Source of the DNA: Patescibacteria group bacterium
GTDB taxonomy: Bacteria; Patescibacteriota; Minisyncoccia; Phycocordibacterales; DATDWN01
DNA length: 64,000 nucleotides
Direction: 5' to 3'
Assembly (NCBI GenBank): GCA_040384485.1
Contig: JAZKJH010000004.1
Coordinates: forward strand, 5,928 to 69,927
Each line of letters opens with the position of its first letter. Position 1 is the first letter of the stretch. Shown here one piece after another: positions 39,467-49,217 of the stretch. Under the pieces are notes generated by a model, which was not told the origin of the DNA, ran no database searches, and saw nothing but the letters and a program-made list of their open reading frames with translations. Both the position numbers and the translations under genes were made by a program.

Positions 39467-40447
39467 TTATTGAATTATACCCTTTTCTCGAGCTTTTTCT
39501 ATGACTTCTAAAACTCTCGCTTTAGAAGAATGTTCTTCTAGAATTTTTGAATACTCTGGAGCTAAATCAGTTTGCTTATAACTATTCACAAGAAACTGGC
39601 CTACCTCCTCCAGTTTAAGTTTAAAATCTTCTAAATCCTTGAACTGCCATATTCTCTTGTAATCCAGTCTATTTGAGCCTGGTTCATATATATCTATTGT
39701 TTCAGTGAGGAGCATGCAGTTGTTACCTAGTATCTCCCAAAAACGTGCTGTATCAAAACCCCCACCACCTACAGATATACCTACTTTTGAGCGAGCCAAG
39801 TTTTTGTAGAAATTTTCCTGATCGGTTTTATCTGTAAAGCATGTAAAGTTATTTTCAACACAAAAATTTTTAAGGACTTGTGTCACCTCTCGTCTCAAAA
39901 TAGGATACTCGTCCTGACCAAAAACACAGAAAAAATCTACATCTTTTTTTATGTCCACTGAATAAAACTTGGTGTAGTCACTTTCTATACCAAAAGGTAA
40001 GGGCAGAATGTTTCGCACATACGGTTTTTCCCTACGAAAATACAACACGCATTTTCGTTCCATCTCTTTATCTATTTTACCTCGGTTAAGATACGAGCCA
40101 TCTACAATAGCTTTTTGTATACCTGTGTCATATCTGCCGTTTTTACCTATCTCACCACCATCAACAAAAACTGTTTTGTTAAACTCGTTAATTGTTTCTG
40201 CAAGTTTATAGTTAGTGTTGTCTTTACCCCAACAAAAAAGAATCAGATCAGAATTCTTTGCATACTCAACAAATAAACCTTCGTCTAAACTAAACTCTGT
40301 ATCATCAAAACCCGACAAGTATCCTTTTGGCACTTTAAACTCAAAACCTGGATTTTCTGTTTTAAGTAAAATACAGCCATCTATTATGGTGTCTGTTAGA
40401 TAGTCATTTTTATACTCTGGAGTTATTATTGAAATTTTATAATTCAT
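39467..40447 (-). CDS. GT-B glycosyltransferase (CgeB/exostosin-like C-terminus)
   Basis: PLPFGI, LARSKVGISVGGGGFDTARFWEILG. Confidence 0.7.
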   Translation of the reverse strand: MNYKISIITPEYKNDYLTDTIIDGCILLKTENPGFEFKVPKGYLSGFDDTEFSLDEGLFVEYAKNSDLILFCWGKDNTNYKLAETINEFNKTVFVDGGEIGKNGRYDTGIQKAIVDGSYLNRGKIDKEMERKCVLYFRREKPYVRNILPLPFGIESDYTKFYSVDIKKDVDFFCVFGQDEYPILRREVTQVLKNFCVENNFTCFTDKTDQENFYKNLARSKVGISVGGGGFDTARFWEILGNNCMLLTETIDIYEPGSNRLDYKRIWQFKDLEDFKLKLEEVGQFLVNSYKQTDLAPEYSKILEEHSSKARVLEVIEKAREKGIIQ

Positions 40448-41498
40448 GTTTGTTTGATACTGACTCTATCACTTTTTTAAGTTCCAAACCAAGTGTTTCA
40501 ATTGAGGAAACTCTGTTTAACTTATCCTTACCTCTTTTGGCTACAATCTCCGCATTTTGTATATCAGCCTTAACTTTTAGTATCCCATCAGCTATGGCTT
40601 CTGGAGAATAGGCTTTTACTGTAAAAATCTCTCCAGGGTTGAATACCTCTCGTATTGCAGGTGTATCTGCTGTTATAACAGGCTTACTTGCCGAAACACA
40701 CTCATATACCTTGTTAGGTATCACTCGTTTTGTTTTGTCAGTTTTACCAAATATACCCAAACATACGTCTGCCTGACCCACTCTCTCTGCAAGTTGCTCT
40801 ATAGATAGATTTCCAACAAAATCTACATTTTTAATATTTAAAGTGCTCGCTAGGTTTAAGATATTCTTTTTTTCTTGTCCATCACCTATTATATCGAAAA
40901 CGATATCCGCATGTTCATCTAGAATTTTAGCGGCGCGAACGACATATTCTATACCTTGTAGCGGAATAAAGTGTCCATAAAGTAAAACTTTAAAATAACT
41001 ATTTTGTTTTTTTTCTCTTGGGTAAAAAAGTGAAGTATCAGCTCCAACTAAAATTCTCTTGAACTTTGATTCTTTTATACCAAATTCTTTTGAAACATAT
41101 TTTATATGTTCGTTTGTATCAAAAAGTATGAAGTCAGCAAGTGTTAATGATATTTTGTCTAAGCACCAAAAGTATAGTGCTCTAAGTGAGCCCTTTTTTA
41201 TCAAGCCTCTGTCCATAACCATTGAGTCGTAGATAGAAACAAATGCATCAAAAACTATAGGTTTTCTTGTAATAAGTCTGGCCAATATCATAGCCTGAAA
41301 ACCAGGATAACCGACAACCATTACTTCATAATTCCCCTTCAAGGTCCTATGCTTTTTCCACAGATCTATATATTTATTAAAGCCTTTTACCTTAGAAGAA
41401 CATTCTACTACCTCTACTCCATTAAGACTGAGTCCTTTTATTAAAACCTTGTTTCTATTATAGCTAGCGTCGTATATCCCAAAATAACAGACTTTCAT
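40437..41498 (-). CDS. Glycosyltransferase family 4
   Basis: YNRNKVLI, YGHFIPLQG, VIPNKVYE. Confidence 0.9.
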   Translation of the reverse strand: MKVCYFGIYDASYNRNKVLIKGLSLNGVEVVECSSKVKGFNKYIDLWKKHRTLKGNYEVMVVGYPGFQAMILARLITRKPIVFDAFVSIYDSMVMDRGLIKKGSLRALYFWCLDKISLTLADFILFDTNEHIKYVSKEFGIKESKFKRILVGADTSLFYPREKKQNSYFKVLLYGHFIPLQGIEYVVRAAKILDEHADIVFDIIGDGQEKKNILNLASTLNIKNVDFVGNLSIEQLAERVGQADVCLGIFGKTDKTKRVIPNKVYECVSASKPVITADTPAIREVFNPGEIFTVKAYSPEAIADGILKVKADIQNAEIVAKRGKDKLNRVSSIETLGLELKKVIESVSNKHEL

Positions 41499-41501
41499 AT
41501 T

Positions 41502-42551
41502 CTATTTTTTATATATTTCCTCGGAGATTTTACCGACCAAACTCTCAACACTAAAATCTTTCCGGATTTTGTTACTCAAATACAAAACAACATCAGCCAC
41601 ATCCTTGTTTTCCAGTGATAGTTGTATTTTAGAAAGCAGACTATCAGAATCTCGATAATTATATGAAAAAAGTGGGTTATATTTTTCAAAAACTGAAGTA
41701 AAAATGGTGTTAGTAGTGAAAGTAGGTATGCCTAAAAGTATCGTCTCCAACACTGCCTTGTCCATCCCCCCGTTTGGAGCTAGGTTTACTGCGATGTTTA
41801 TATCCTTGGTTACTTCAGCTATTTTTTCTTGCGCAACCCAACCTCTAAAAAAGACTTTGTTCATTATCTTTCCCTCAGCTATTAGAGACTCTAAAGTTTT
41901 TCTGTATTCTAAATCCTTATCACCTATAGCATCCCCAAAGAAGTGTAGTTCTGAATCAATACCATAGCTGTTTAGTTTGACTACAGTCTCCACCAAAACA
42001 TCTACATTTTTTATAGGAGTAATTCTACCTATATGACAAACTCTTAACACATTTCTGTCGTAAAGGTGTGGAGAAAAGGGATAGTTTTCCACTTTGATAC
42101 CGTGCCCAACATAAACCACCTTATCACTCTCTATACCAAAACTCTCTTTTCCGGATGTAAAAACCTTTTTAACAAACAACATTGCTAGTTTCAGTTTTGT
42201 ATCTACTTTCTTATGAACATACCAAAGATAAACTGGTATATTTTTGAACCTCCAGTGTAATCCCAAAAGAACAATATACACTGGGTTCATGTGAACGAAA
42301 ACTGAATCATACCTTAAGGAAAGCTGTTTGATATAAGCAAATAGGTTTTTTATATAGCCAATATTTCCAACACCTTTTTCCTTACCTAGAGAATACACAA
42401 AAACATTGGTCGGCAAAGCATGGTCGCCTTCATAAAGACAGATAACATAAACCTCAGTAAATTTCTTTGAAAACTCTATTAACCAGTTATGGAAAAAACC
42501 CAGAACTGGGTCACTACTATCCACTTTCTGTGTAAAAATCAGGATCCTCAT
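41502..42551 (-). CDS. Glycosyltransferase family 4
   Basis: DPVLGFFH, GRITPIKN, GGMDKAVLE. Confidence 0.9.
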   Translation of the reverse strand: MRILIFTQKVDSSDPVLGFFHNWLIEFSKKFTEVYVICLYEGDHALPTNVFVYSLGKEKGVGNIGYIKNLFAYIKQLSLRYDSVFVHMNPVYIVLLGLHWRFKNIPVYLWYVHKKVDTKLKLAMLFVKKVFTSGKESFGIESDKVVYVGHGIKVENYPFSPHLYDRNVLRVCHIGRITPIKNVDVLVETVVKLNSYGIDSELHFFGDAIGDKDLEYRKTLESLIAEGKIMNKVFFRGWVAQEKIAEVTKDINIAVNLAPNGGMDKAVLETILLGIPTFTTNTIFTSVFEKYNPLFSYNYRDSDSLLSKIQLSLENKDVADVVLYLSNKIRKDFSVESLVGKISEEIYKK

Positions 42552-42976
42552 ACGGTTTTATATTTAAAAATTCTTCTAGAAATAAAGAAAGTAAAACATG
42601 CTACGGTCGCCCCAGCAAAAATCTGAGATAGTAAAACAGCCAAATGCATTTTTTCTACAAAGATATACATGAGCAAAGTGTTCACTCCTAGACTAAACAA
42701 AGATGAAGCTAGGTAAATAAAGGATTGTCTTTGGATACCTTCTGTAGAAACATTTTTAAAAGTCCAAAACTTTTGCAAAATAAAACTAACAAAAAATGCT
42801 ACACAAAAAGCTATGATGGACGAGAGAAGGTAATGAACACCGACCACATGATACAAAAAAGAAAGTAGTAACAAATCCACAACAGCCGAAGTGCCTCCAG
42901 AAGCTACGTAGCGTAAAATAACATACTTATCAAAAAGTCCCCATCCCCAATCCCAACCTTTTTTTATAATACTCAT
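42548..42976 (-). CDS. GtrA-family lipid-linked sugar flippase
   Basis: 142 aa, 4 TM; RYVASGG, FILQKFWTF. Confidence 0.88.
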   Translation of the reverse strand: MSIIKKGWDWGWGLFDKYVILRYVASGGTSAVVDLLLLSFLYHVVGVHYLLSSIIAFCVAFFVSFILQKFWTFKNVSTEGIQRQSFIYLASSLFSLGVNTLLMYIFVEKMHLAVLLSQIFAGATVACFTFFISRRIFKYKTV

Positions 42977-44109
42977 TTAGCGGTTTTGTTTAGATACTCA
43001 ATATATAGATTAACATAATCCTGAAAAGTTAAAGCTATTGACCTGATGTCATTTTGCATTTTGTGTTTTCTTTCTTCCCTTGCTTGATTATTCTCTATTG
43101 TGTTTATGACAGCATCGGAAATACAGATATCATCAAAGGTCTCGCAAATAACGGAGTTTATTTTGTTTACAAATAGATCTGTTTTGGCCAGGCCGACTTT
43201 TGTAGTCACGATAGGACAACCGGAAGCTCCTGCTTCAATAAGGGTCATGCCGTATCCTTCGTATTTTGAGGTAAGTAAAAATAAATCAGCAGTTTTATAT
43301 AGAGAAATTAAGTCTTTTTCCCAGCCAATAAATCTCACATTTTTGTTTATTCCGATTTTACTAGAGATACTTTCTAGGTTTTTTCTTTCACTACCCTCTC
43401 CTGCTATGACTAGTCCGGTCTGGGGATATTTTTCTAAAACTTTTTTAAATGCAACTATTGCTGTATCTATATTTTTCTCTTTCTCTAGTCGAGAAGCCAT
43501 TAAAACAATAAATTTGAATTCTGGAAATTCTGTACCTAAATTTCTTGCTGGAATTGTGTTTATGATTTTCTCGATGCTTATAAATACAGGTAAAATATCT
43601 ATTTTATCAGCTAGTTTTGGGTACTTTTTTACAATTGAGTCTCGTACAACACTACTGACCGCACGAATTCTGGATGCCCCATGAACAACAATACTTGCGA
43701 TAAAAACCCTTACCAAATTAAAAAATGATTTTTTAAATTCTGAACTCAAATAATCAGTATGAACTTGAATCTGCAGAGGAACCTCAAAAAACTTTGAGAT
43801 GACTAGACCGACAAAACCGGTTTGAAAAATATCCTGTGTTGAAATAACAATGTCATCATTTTTGCCTGATGATTTAAAAATATTTTTTACTAAAAAAATC
43901 GCGTCTAATACATATAGCCATTGGGAAATTGAGTTGGTCGGATAAATATGTAAATTTCCAAAACTTTTAAACTCATGTTTTTCTTTTCTTGTTGTGAATA
44001 CAACTATATGCAACTCTTCCATGCGTTTCGCATACTCCAAATTACGCAAAAGAACCTGACTTCCCTCTTCGAACAATTTTCTATCTGTTCCTATTGATAT
44101 GACTTTCAT
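42973..44109 (-). CDS. Glycosyltransferase family 4
   Basis: SRLEKEKN, EGYGMTLIEAGASGCP. Confidence 0.92.
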   Translation of the reverse strand: MKVISIGTDRKLFEEGSQVLLRNLEYAKRMEELHIVVFTTRKEKHEFKSFGNLHIYPTNSISQWLYVLDAIFLVKNIFKSSGKNDDIVISTQDIFQTGFVGLVISKFFEVPLQIQVHTDYLSSEFKKSFFNLVRVFIASIVVHGASRIRAVSSVVRDSIVKKYPKLADKIDILPVFISIEKIINTIPARNLGTEFPEFKFIVLMASRLEKEKNIDTAIVAFKKVLEKYPQTGLVIAGEGSERKNLESISSKIGINKNVRFIGWEKDLISLYKTADLFLLTSKYEGYGMTLIEAGASGCPIVTTKVGLAKTDLFVNKINSVICETFDDICISDAVINTIENNQAREERKHKMQNDIRSIALTFQDYVNLYIEYLNKTAK

Positions 44110-45122
44110 TGTGCAGAATTTGTTATTGCAATAAATTCCTCGGCAATCTCTTCCCAAGTATGGGTGAAATTAAAGTTTTTTACCCTTTCTTTTGCTCTCT
44201 CATAAGCTTCTTTATCCAAAAACTCAAGTATGGCCTTCTCTATTTCGTCTTCATTCAATGGATCCACAAAAGTACCTGCGTCTTTTATCCTATCGTATAT
44301 ACCCACCTCTTTAGTACAGATAAAAGGCTTATTGTACCTAATAGCATCCAATATCATATTCGGACTGATGTCTCCTAGGGAAACTAGGATCACCGCTCTA
44401 GAAAGTTTGATCTTCTTCATAAATTCCAAGAAGGTTAGATTCTCTGTAAGTAAATGAATACTGTGTGCTTGACTTACTTTCTCTGCCACCTTTCTTAGAG
44501 TATTTATGTTTTTCCATTTTAAATCACGTACGGATGCAACAAACAGATTTGAGTCAGTTTCGAATACTCCTTCCTTTGGACCATAATAGTTTTCAATTAT
44601 TGATGTTTTGGAAATATCCATGACATAAGCTGGAACAAAAATTTGTTTTTGCCACTCGGTAGAAAACACTACACGCGATGCATTATTTAAAGTCCATTTA
44701 GTTATTGAATATATTATTTTTTCTTTATATGTAAGAAAACCAGCTTCTGTCTCATAAAAGTTTCTTAACAGTATCGGTTTACTTGTTCTCTCTACATACT
44801 GCTCCCAAAGAAAGTCCCCTCCAGTTCGAATAATAACTTTTTTACCAAAGACCTTTCCCAAAAAAACACTAGGTGCTCCTACAGAAAAGGTATCTAGAGC
44901 AAAAACAACATCGCTTTTTAAAAATTGTGGAATAACTTTTACGGCAAACCACAAATGACGCACCCCTGTTGGTAGAATATTTTCTATTCCAAAAGTCTTT
45001 ACAGAAACTCTATGCCCTTTCTTTTCAAACTCTTCTTTCAAGTTCTTTGCATACTGGGCTGGTCCACCTATTTTAGGGGGGTATATACCCGTTGTTATTA
45101 AAATATTTAGTTTAGAATTCAT
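44106..45122 (-). CDS. Glycosyltransferase family 4 (divergent)
   Basis: GIYPPKIGGPA, GGDFLWE, DISPNMILDA in place of E-x7-E. Confidence 0.82.
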   Translation of the reverse strand: MNSKLNILITTGIYPPKIGGPAQYAKNLKEEFEKKGHRVSVKTFGIENILPTGVRHLWFAVKVIPQFLKSDVVFALDTFSVGAPSVFLGKVFGKKVIIRTGGDFLWEQYVERTSKPILLRNFYETEAGFLTYKEKIIYSITKWTLNNASRVVFSTEWQKQIFVPAYVMDISKTSIIENYYGPKEGVFETDSNLFVASVRDLKWKNINTLRKVAEKVSQAHSIHLLTENLTFLEFMKKIKLSRAVILVSLGDISPNMILDAIRYNKPFICTKEVGIYDRIKDAGTFVDPLNEDEIEKAILEFLDKEAYERAKERVKNFNFTHTWEEIAEEFIAITNSAQ

Positions 45123-46302
45123 TTGCATTTACTGTAAGTTTATTAAAAACATCTTTCATTCCTTCAGTTATTTTATCCCAACCGTATTTTGTGGAGGCTA
45201 CCCTTTTGCCGTTATTTGACAACTTGATGTACAAGTCTTTGTCGTTCAATAATGTATTAACCGCTCTAGCTACGCTTTGAGGATTGTCGGGCGAACAGAA
45301 AATTCCCGTCTCCTTGTCGTCTATAAAGTCTGGGATTCCTCCAACTGGAGTTGCGACTACTGGCAACCCGCTTGCCATAGCTTCTATAAAAGAGTTTCCG
45401 AAACCTTCTGAGCGACTTGGTCTAATAAAAATATCACATACAGAAAAATACCTCGGGATGTCTTTGTAATCCAAAAAACCCAAGAAGCGCACCCTGTCAG
45501 ATACACCTAGCTCCTTAGCCAACGCCTGCAGCTTGTGCCCCTCTTCTCCTTTACCGATAACCATAAACACTACCCTTTTTGGCAGGTGCGTGAGAGCCCT
45601 CACAACATCGTCTACTGCATTTTTGTGTGTGAGTCGGCCTGTAGTAACCAAAAACACTTCATCTGCTTTCTTATTAAGCATCAGAGCCATTTCTGCTTTC
45701 TCTTCTACTGTGAACTGTTTGGTAAATACCTCTAAATCAACTCCATTAGGGACCAAAACTGCCTCGCCTGTAAAACCATTTTTCTTTGCACGCTGGATCA
45801 AAAAAGTACTGATACCTGTAACTATGTGTGTAAGCCTAAGGGAAAGTTTCCATGACAGTGCAATTAACCCAAACCACCTATAGGTTAAATGATTCTCTGA
45901 GTCCCCTTCTTGTAGAGTTAAGATTATTGGAATTCTTCTTTTTCTTGTAAAAAATCTGAAAATATTAAATATATATCCAGCTCCTGTCCCAAAAGTCACC
46001 ATCATTCCCCAAATCAAAAAATAATTATTTTTATAATTTAGTTTGTTGATAAGTATTGCACCTCTAAAAGGTAACAAAAGTTTATCAATGGTTTCTGAGC
46101 CCATCCCCACACGATACACATTAACATTTCCAATTTTTTCAAAGTCTGGAAGGTCTTTTCGTATTTTTGCAGTAACAAGATCGAAGTCAAAACTTTCTCC
46201 CAGTCGTCTGGTTATTTCTGTTATAGCAACCTCTGCACCTCCAACAAAGGGATAATAGGCGGTGGATAGCACCAAAACTCTTTTTTTACTATTCGTAGAC
46301 AT
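45112..46302 (-). CDS. Glycosyltransferase family 4
   Basis: YPFVGGAE, GRLTHKN, SRSEGFGNSFIEAMASGLP. Confidence 0.93.
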   Translation of the reverse strand: MSTNSKKRVLVLSTAYYPFVGGAEVAITEITRRLGESFDFDLVTAKIRKDLPDFEKIGNVNVYRVGMGSETIDKLLLPFRGAILINKLNYKNNYFLIWGMMVTFGTGAGYIFNIFRFFTRKRRIPIILTLQEGDSENHLTYRWFGLIALSWKLSLRLTHIVTGISTFLIQRAKKNGFTGEAVLVPNGVDLEVFTKQFTVEEKAEMALMLNKKADEVFLVTTGRLTHKNAVDDVVRALTHLPKRVVFMVIGKGEEGHKLQALAKELGVSDRVRFLGFLDYKDIPRYFSVCDIFIRPSRSEGFGNSFIEAMASGLPVVATPVGGIPDFIDDKETGIFCSPDNPQSVARAVNTLLNDKDLYIKLSNNGKRVASTKYGWDKITEGMKDVFNKLTVNANEF

Positions 46303-46320
46303 TCGTATCTTCTGTTGATT

Positions 46321-48177
46321 TTACTGTAATAAGTCTCGTAAGACGCTCTCCGGAACTTCTTTCTTTGTATTTATAGTAGTGGTTTCTGGTTTTTTGGCAA
46401 TAGGTTCTTCAGTTCTTGGTTTTGGTTCTACTTTTTCTTGAGTTCTAGGTTCTATTTTCGGTACATATTCTGGTGCTGCCTTTTTTGCTCCTGCCACAAC
46501 TGATGCCAAAGCATCCTTAAGACTACTTAAGTTTTCTTTGGATGGATTTTTTTTAATTGTGTGAGTATCAAATGGTTTAAAATCTCTTGGCTGTCCTACT
46601 GGTGCCGGTCTGTTGTTTCCATTAAAAAGTTGAGTCGAAGCATCTTTAAAAACTTTTTTGACTTCAACATTTTCCTTTGGTCTTTGTTCGTCCCTGACTT
46701 CTGGCCTAGGCTCTGGTCTGCGTTCTTGTCGCTGTTCTGGTCTCTGTTCAATTCTTGGCTCGGGTCTACTGTCCTGTCTTGGAGCTTGTCGAGTATCTGG
46801 CCTAGAGTTGTTACCGAACTGTTCTCTCGGTTTGTTGTTATAACCCTCTCCCTCTTTCTGTCCGCCGTTTGTAGGCCTATTACTGTTATTACTTTCTCCG
46901 AACCAGTCAGTAATATCTTTTTCTACCAATGCTCTTGGTCTACCGAACTGATCTCTCGATGCTTGTATAACTGCATCCTTAAAGTCTATCTTATCTTTAG
47001 CTATAGGACCCATAGTTGTTGCAGAAAAAGGGTGACTAGAAACCCCGTCAATCATGAGTTTCAAATATATCTGCGTAAAACCTAGATTTACTAAGTCTGT
47101 CGCCATAAAAGCAGGAGAGAATTCCTTTTCTAAGACTTCAGCATCAAAAGCTCCCACTCTAAAAGAGATCATGGTTCCCACGTTACCAAAAACCGCGTTG
47201 CGCACCTCTTCTTCCATCTGTTCAATATACTGGTGAGCGATAGTAAGATTTAAGTTGTATTTTCTTGCTTCAGACAGAATGTCTGCAAAAGACTTGTTAG
47301 CAAAAGACTGAAATTCGTCCACATATAAATAAAAGTTTGGGAGTTTTTCGATCTCGGCCTTATTTTTATCAGCTCGAGACATCGCCGCTAGATAGATTTT
47401 AGTAATAAGCATGGCACCAAGCAAACTAGCATTACCCTCTCCCACTCTACCTTTTGATAAGTTAACAATTAGGATTTTTTTCTCATCCATCATTTGTCTT
47501 ACATCAAAAGTAGACTTGGATTGACCGAGCAGGTTTCTAACTAAAGGGTTAGCTGTAAACTGTCCGACTTTGTTTTGAATAGCAGGAATCGCCTCTGCAA
47601 TAAACTTTTCTGTCCATTTTCCAAACTCATCAACCCAAAAAGCTTTTACTGAAGTGTCTGTTATATTATCCACGACCTTCTTTCTGTATTCTTTATCTGA
47701 AAGCATTCTGTTTACACCTAAAAGAGTTGCCCCGGGATATTCCAAAAGTGCAAGAAGAGTGTTCTGAAGAATATACGCCATACGAGCAGACCAAGCATCT
47801 ACCCAGATTTTTTCAAAAGTAGACATGAGTCCATTTACCACTAAGTGACGCTTGTCTGGACCGATATCTTCCATAACATTGAAAGAAATAGGATATTCCA
47901 TATCAAACGGTGCAAAATATAACACATCTTTTATTCGGTGTTCTGGAACGTATTCGAGTAGTTTATCGGCAGTACCCCCGTGTGGATCGATAAAGGCCAT
48001 ACCATTACCATTCTGAATATCCTGAATAGCCATGTTTTCAAGTAGCGTTGACTTACCCATACCCGTCTTACCGATAATGTACATGTGCTTCAAACGGTCT
48101 TTGGCTCTTATGCCAAACTTAACCTTTTTGTTTCGAGCGTCAGTTTCTCCAAAATATGTTATTGAGTTGGGATCCAT
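46321..48177 (-). CDS. VirB4/TraG/HerA-like P-loop ATPase (T4SS DNA-binding-domain-like) with low-complexity C-terminal tail
   Basis: HMYIIGKTGMGKS Walker A, FIDPHG, LYVDEFQ Walker B, SEARKY, AHQYIEQ; tail RPEPRIEQRPEQRQERRPEPRPE. Confidence 0.9.
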   Translation of the reverse strand: MDPNSITYFGETDARNKKVKFGIRAKDRLKHMYIIGKTGMGKSTLLENMAIQDIQNGNGMAFIDPHGGTADKLLEYVPEHRIKDVLYFAPFDMEYPISFNVMEDIGPDKRHLVVNGLMSTFEKIWVDAWSARMAYILQNTLLALLEYPGATLLGVNRMLSDKEYRKKVVDNITDTSVKAFWVDEFGKWTEKFIAEAIPAIQNKVGQFTANPLVRNLLGQSKSTFDVRQMMDEKKILIVNLSKGRVGEGNASLLGAMLITKIYLAAMSRADKNKAEIEKLPNFYLYVDEFQSFANKSFADILSEARKYNLNLTIAHQYIEQMEEEVRNAVFGNVGTMISFRVGAFDAEVLEKEFSPAFMATDLVNLGFTQIYLKLMIDGVSSHPFSATTMGPIAKDKIDFKDAVIQASRDQFGRPRALVEKDITDWFGESNNSNRPTNGGQKEGEGYNNKPREQFGNNSRPDTRQAPRQDSRPEPRIEQRPEQRQERRPEPRPEVRDEQRPKENVEVKKVFKDASTQLFNGNNRPAPVGQPRDFKPFDTHTIKKNPSKENLSSLKDALASVVAGAKKAAPEYVPKIEPRTQEKVEPKPRTEEPIAKKPETTTINTKKEVPESVLRDLLQ

Positions 48178-48180
48178 GTG

Positions 48181-48205
48181 GCTATAATTGTATAACAATT
48201 ATAGC
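48181..48205. promoter_or_regulatory. Inverted repeat overlapping the -10 region of the ATPase gene (candidate operator)
   Basis: GCTATAATTG-TATAA-CAATTATAGC, 3 nt upstream of the ATG. Confidence 0.5.
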
Positions 48206-48274
48206 TATAAAAAAAGCTACCCATTTCTGAGTAGCTAGTGGTTTTGAAAACAAGACGACAAAACTGAAACTTAC

Positions 48275-49117
48275 CTACCGAGAACCGAACCCTTTCACCA
48301 TTTCGATTTTCTTACGCGCAGCTACATCCGGAGAAAAGCTTCGATCGTAAAGCAAGAAGGTGGCACGAATGAAAATTACAGTTGCTGACGCACCCACCCC
48401 TTTAGAACTAGCGATTAGGTCAGGAAAAATCTGTTTTAGTAAAGTGTAGTTTAGATTCGGTTGTGACACACCTCGTTTCCTGAAGTCATCTCCAACCCTT
48501 CTAACCTCACTCTCGAGATAAGATCTGTACCCGGTAGGATTGAGCCTGTCCAGAATACCAAACTCAAACTCGTAGGCATCGACCTCCCTATAAAATTCAT
48601 AATTTGGGTCGTTGTTCCCATTCATTGGAAACCTTGCTTGAGTCCCGTGACGCATTTCATGTAAGAACACCAACCCACGTAGTAACCTAGGTAGATTCTG
48701 TTCTGGTTCAAACAAAATAGCGTTAACGTCAGGGTAGTGCCTTGCCAAAAAATTTACCCCAAGCATATCTTTCTTCCACTCGGTCGGTAAGCTTTCGGAG
48801 TTACATACTGGAACAAGTAGAATCCAAGCATCCCCCACATTAACCGGTATTGAGGTAAGGTGTCGAAAATTTTTCACACCTTTTTCCATAACGGGCTTTC
48901 CTACGATATGGTTCGAAATAATACTCGCGTACGTGCTCACTTCCTCGTCTTTTAGTTTAGATTTGGAAATCAAATCCACCCCATCCAACCAGGGCTGTAA
49001 ACACTTTCGAGCCTCAGCCAGTTCTTTGGTGTCCACTCTTTTTTGTTCAGGACTAGAAATTAGTACTGATGGAGCACACACTAAAAATAAGAAAAGAGAT
49101 ATCCTAAGAACATGCAT
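48275..49117 (-). CDS. Secreted hypothetical protein with HExxH motif (putative zincin)
   Basis: N-terminal signal; VFLHEMRHG...REVDAYEFE; TTGACA-17-TACTGT promoter. Confidence 0.7.
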   Translation of the reverse strand: MHVLRISLFLFLVCAPSVLISSPEQKRVDTKELAEARKCLQPWLDGVDLISKSKLKDEEVSTYASIISNHIVGKPVMEKGVKNFRHLTSIPVNVGDAWILLVPVCNSESLPTEWKKDMLGVNFLARHYPDVNAILFEPEQNLPRLLRGLVFLHEMRHGTQARFPMNGNNDPNYEFYREVDAYEFEFGILDRLNPTGYRSYLESEVRRVGDDFRKRGVSQPNLNYTLLKQIFPDLIASSKGVGASATVIFIRATFLLYDRSFSPDVAARKKIEMVKGFGSR

Positions 49118-49217
49118 TCACTCACCCCTTTCAAGGCTAATTGGCAACTGTTTTACAAACTTTTCCGAAATTACAGTACTATTTTATACCGTGTTTGTCA
49201 AAAGAATAAATTGCCTT

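Noticed and set aside
46675-46805. Tandem repeat or CRISPR-like periodicity
   Set aside because: In-frame low-complexity RPE/RQE coding repeats with no spacers; the same applies to the NTGT repeats near 58925-59000. No CRISPR array or cas gene was seen in the window.
46321-48177. Conjugative element/ICE
   Set aside because: No relaxase, other VirB genes, integrase or att pair
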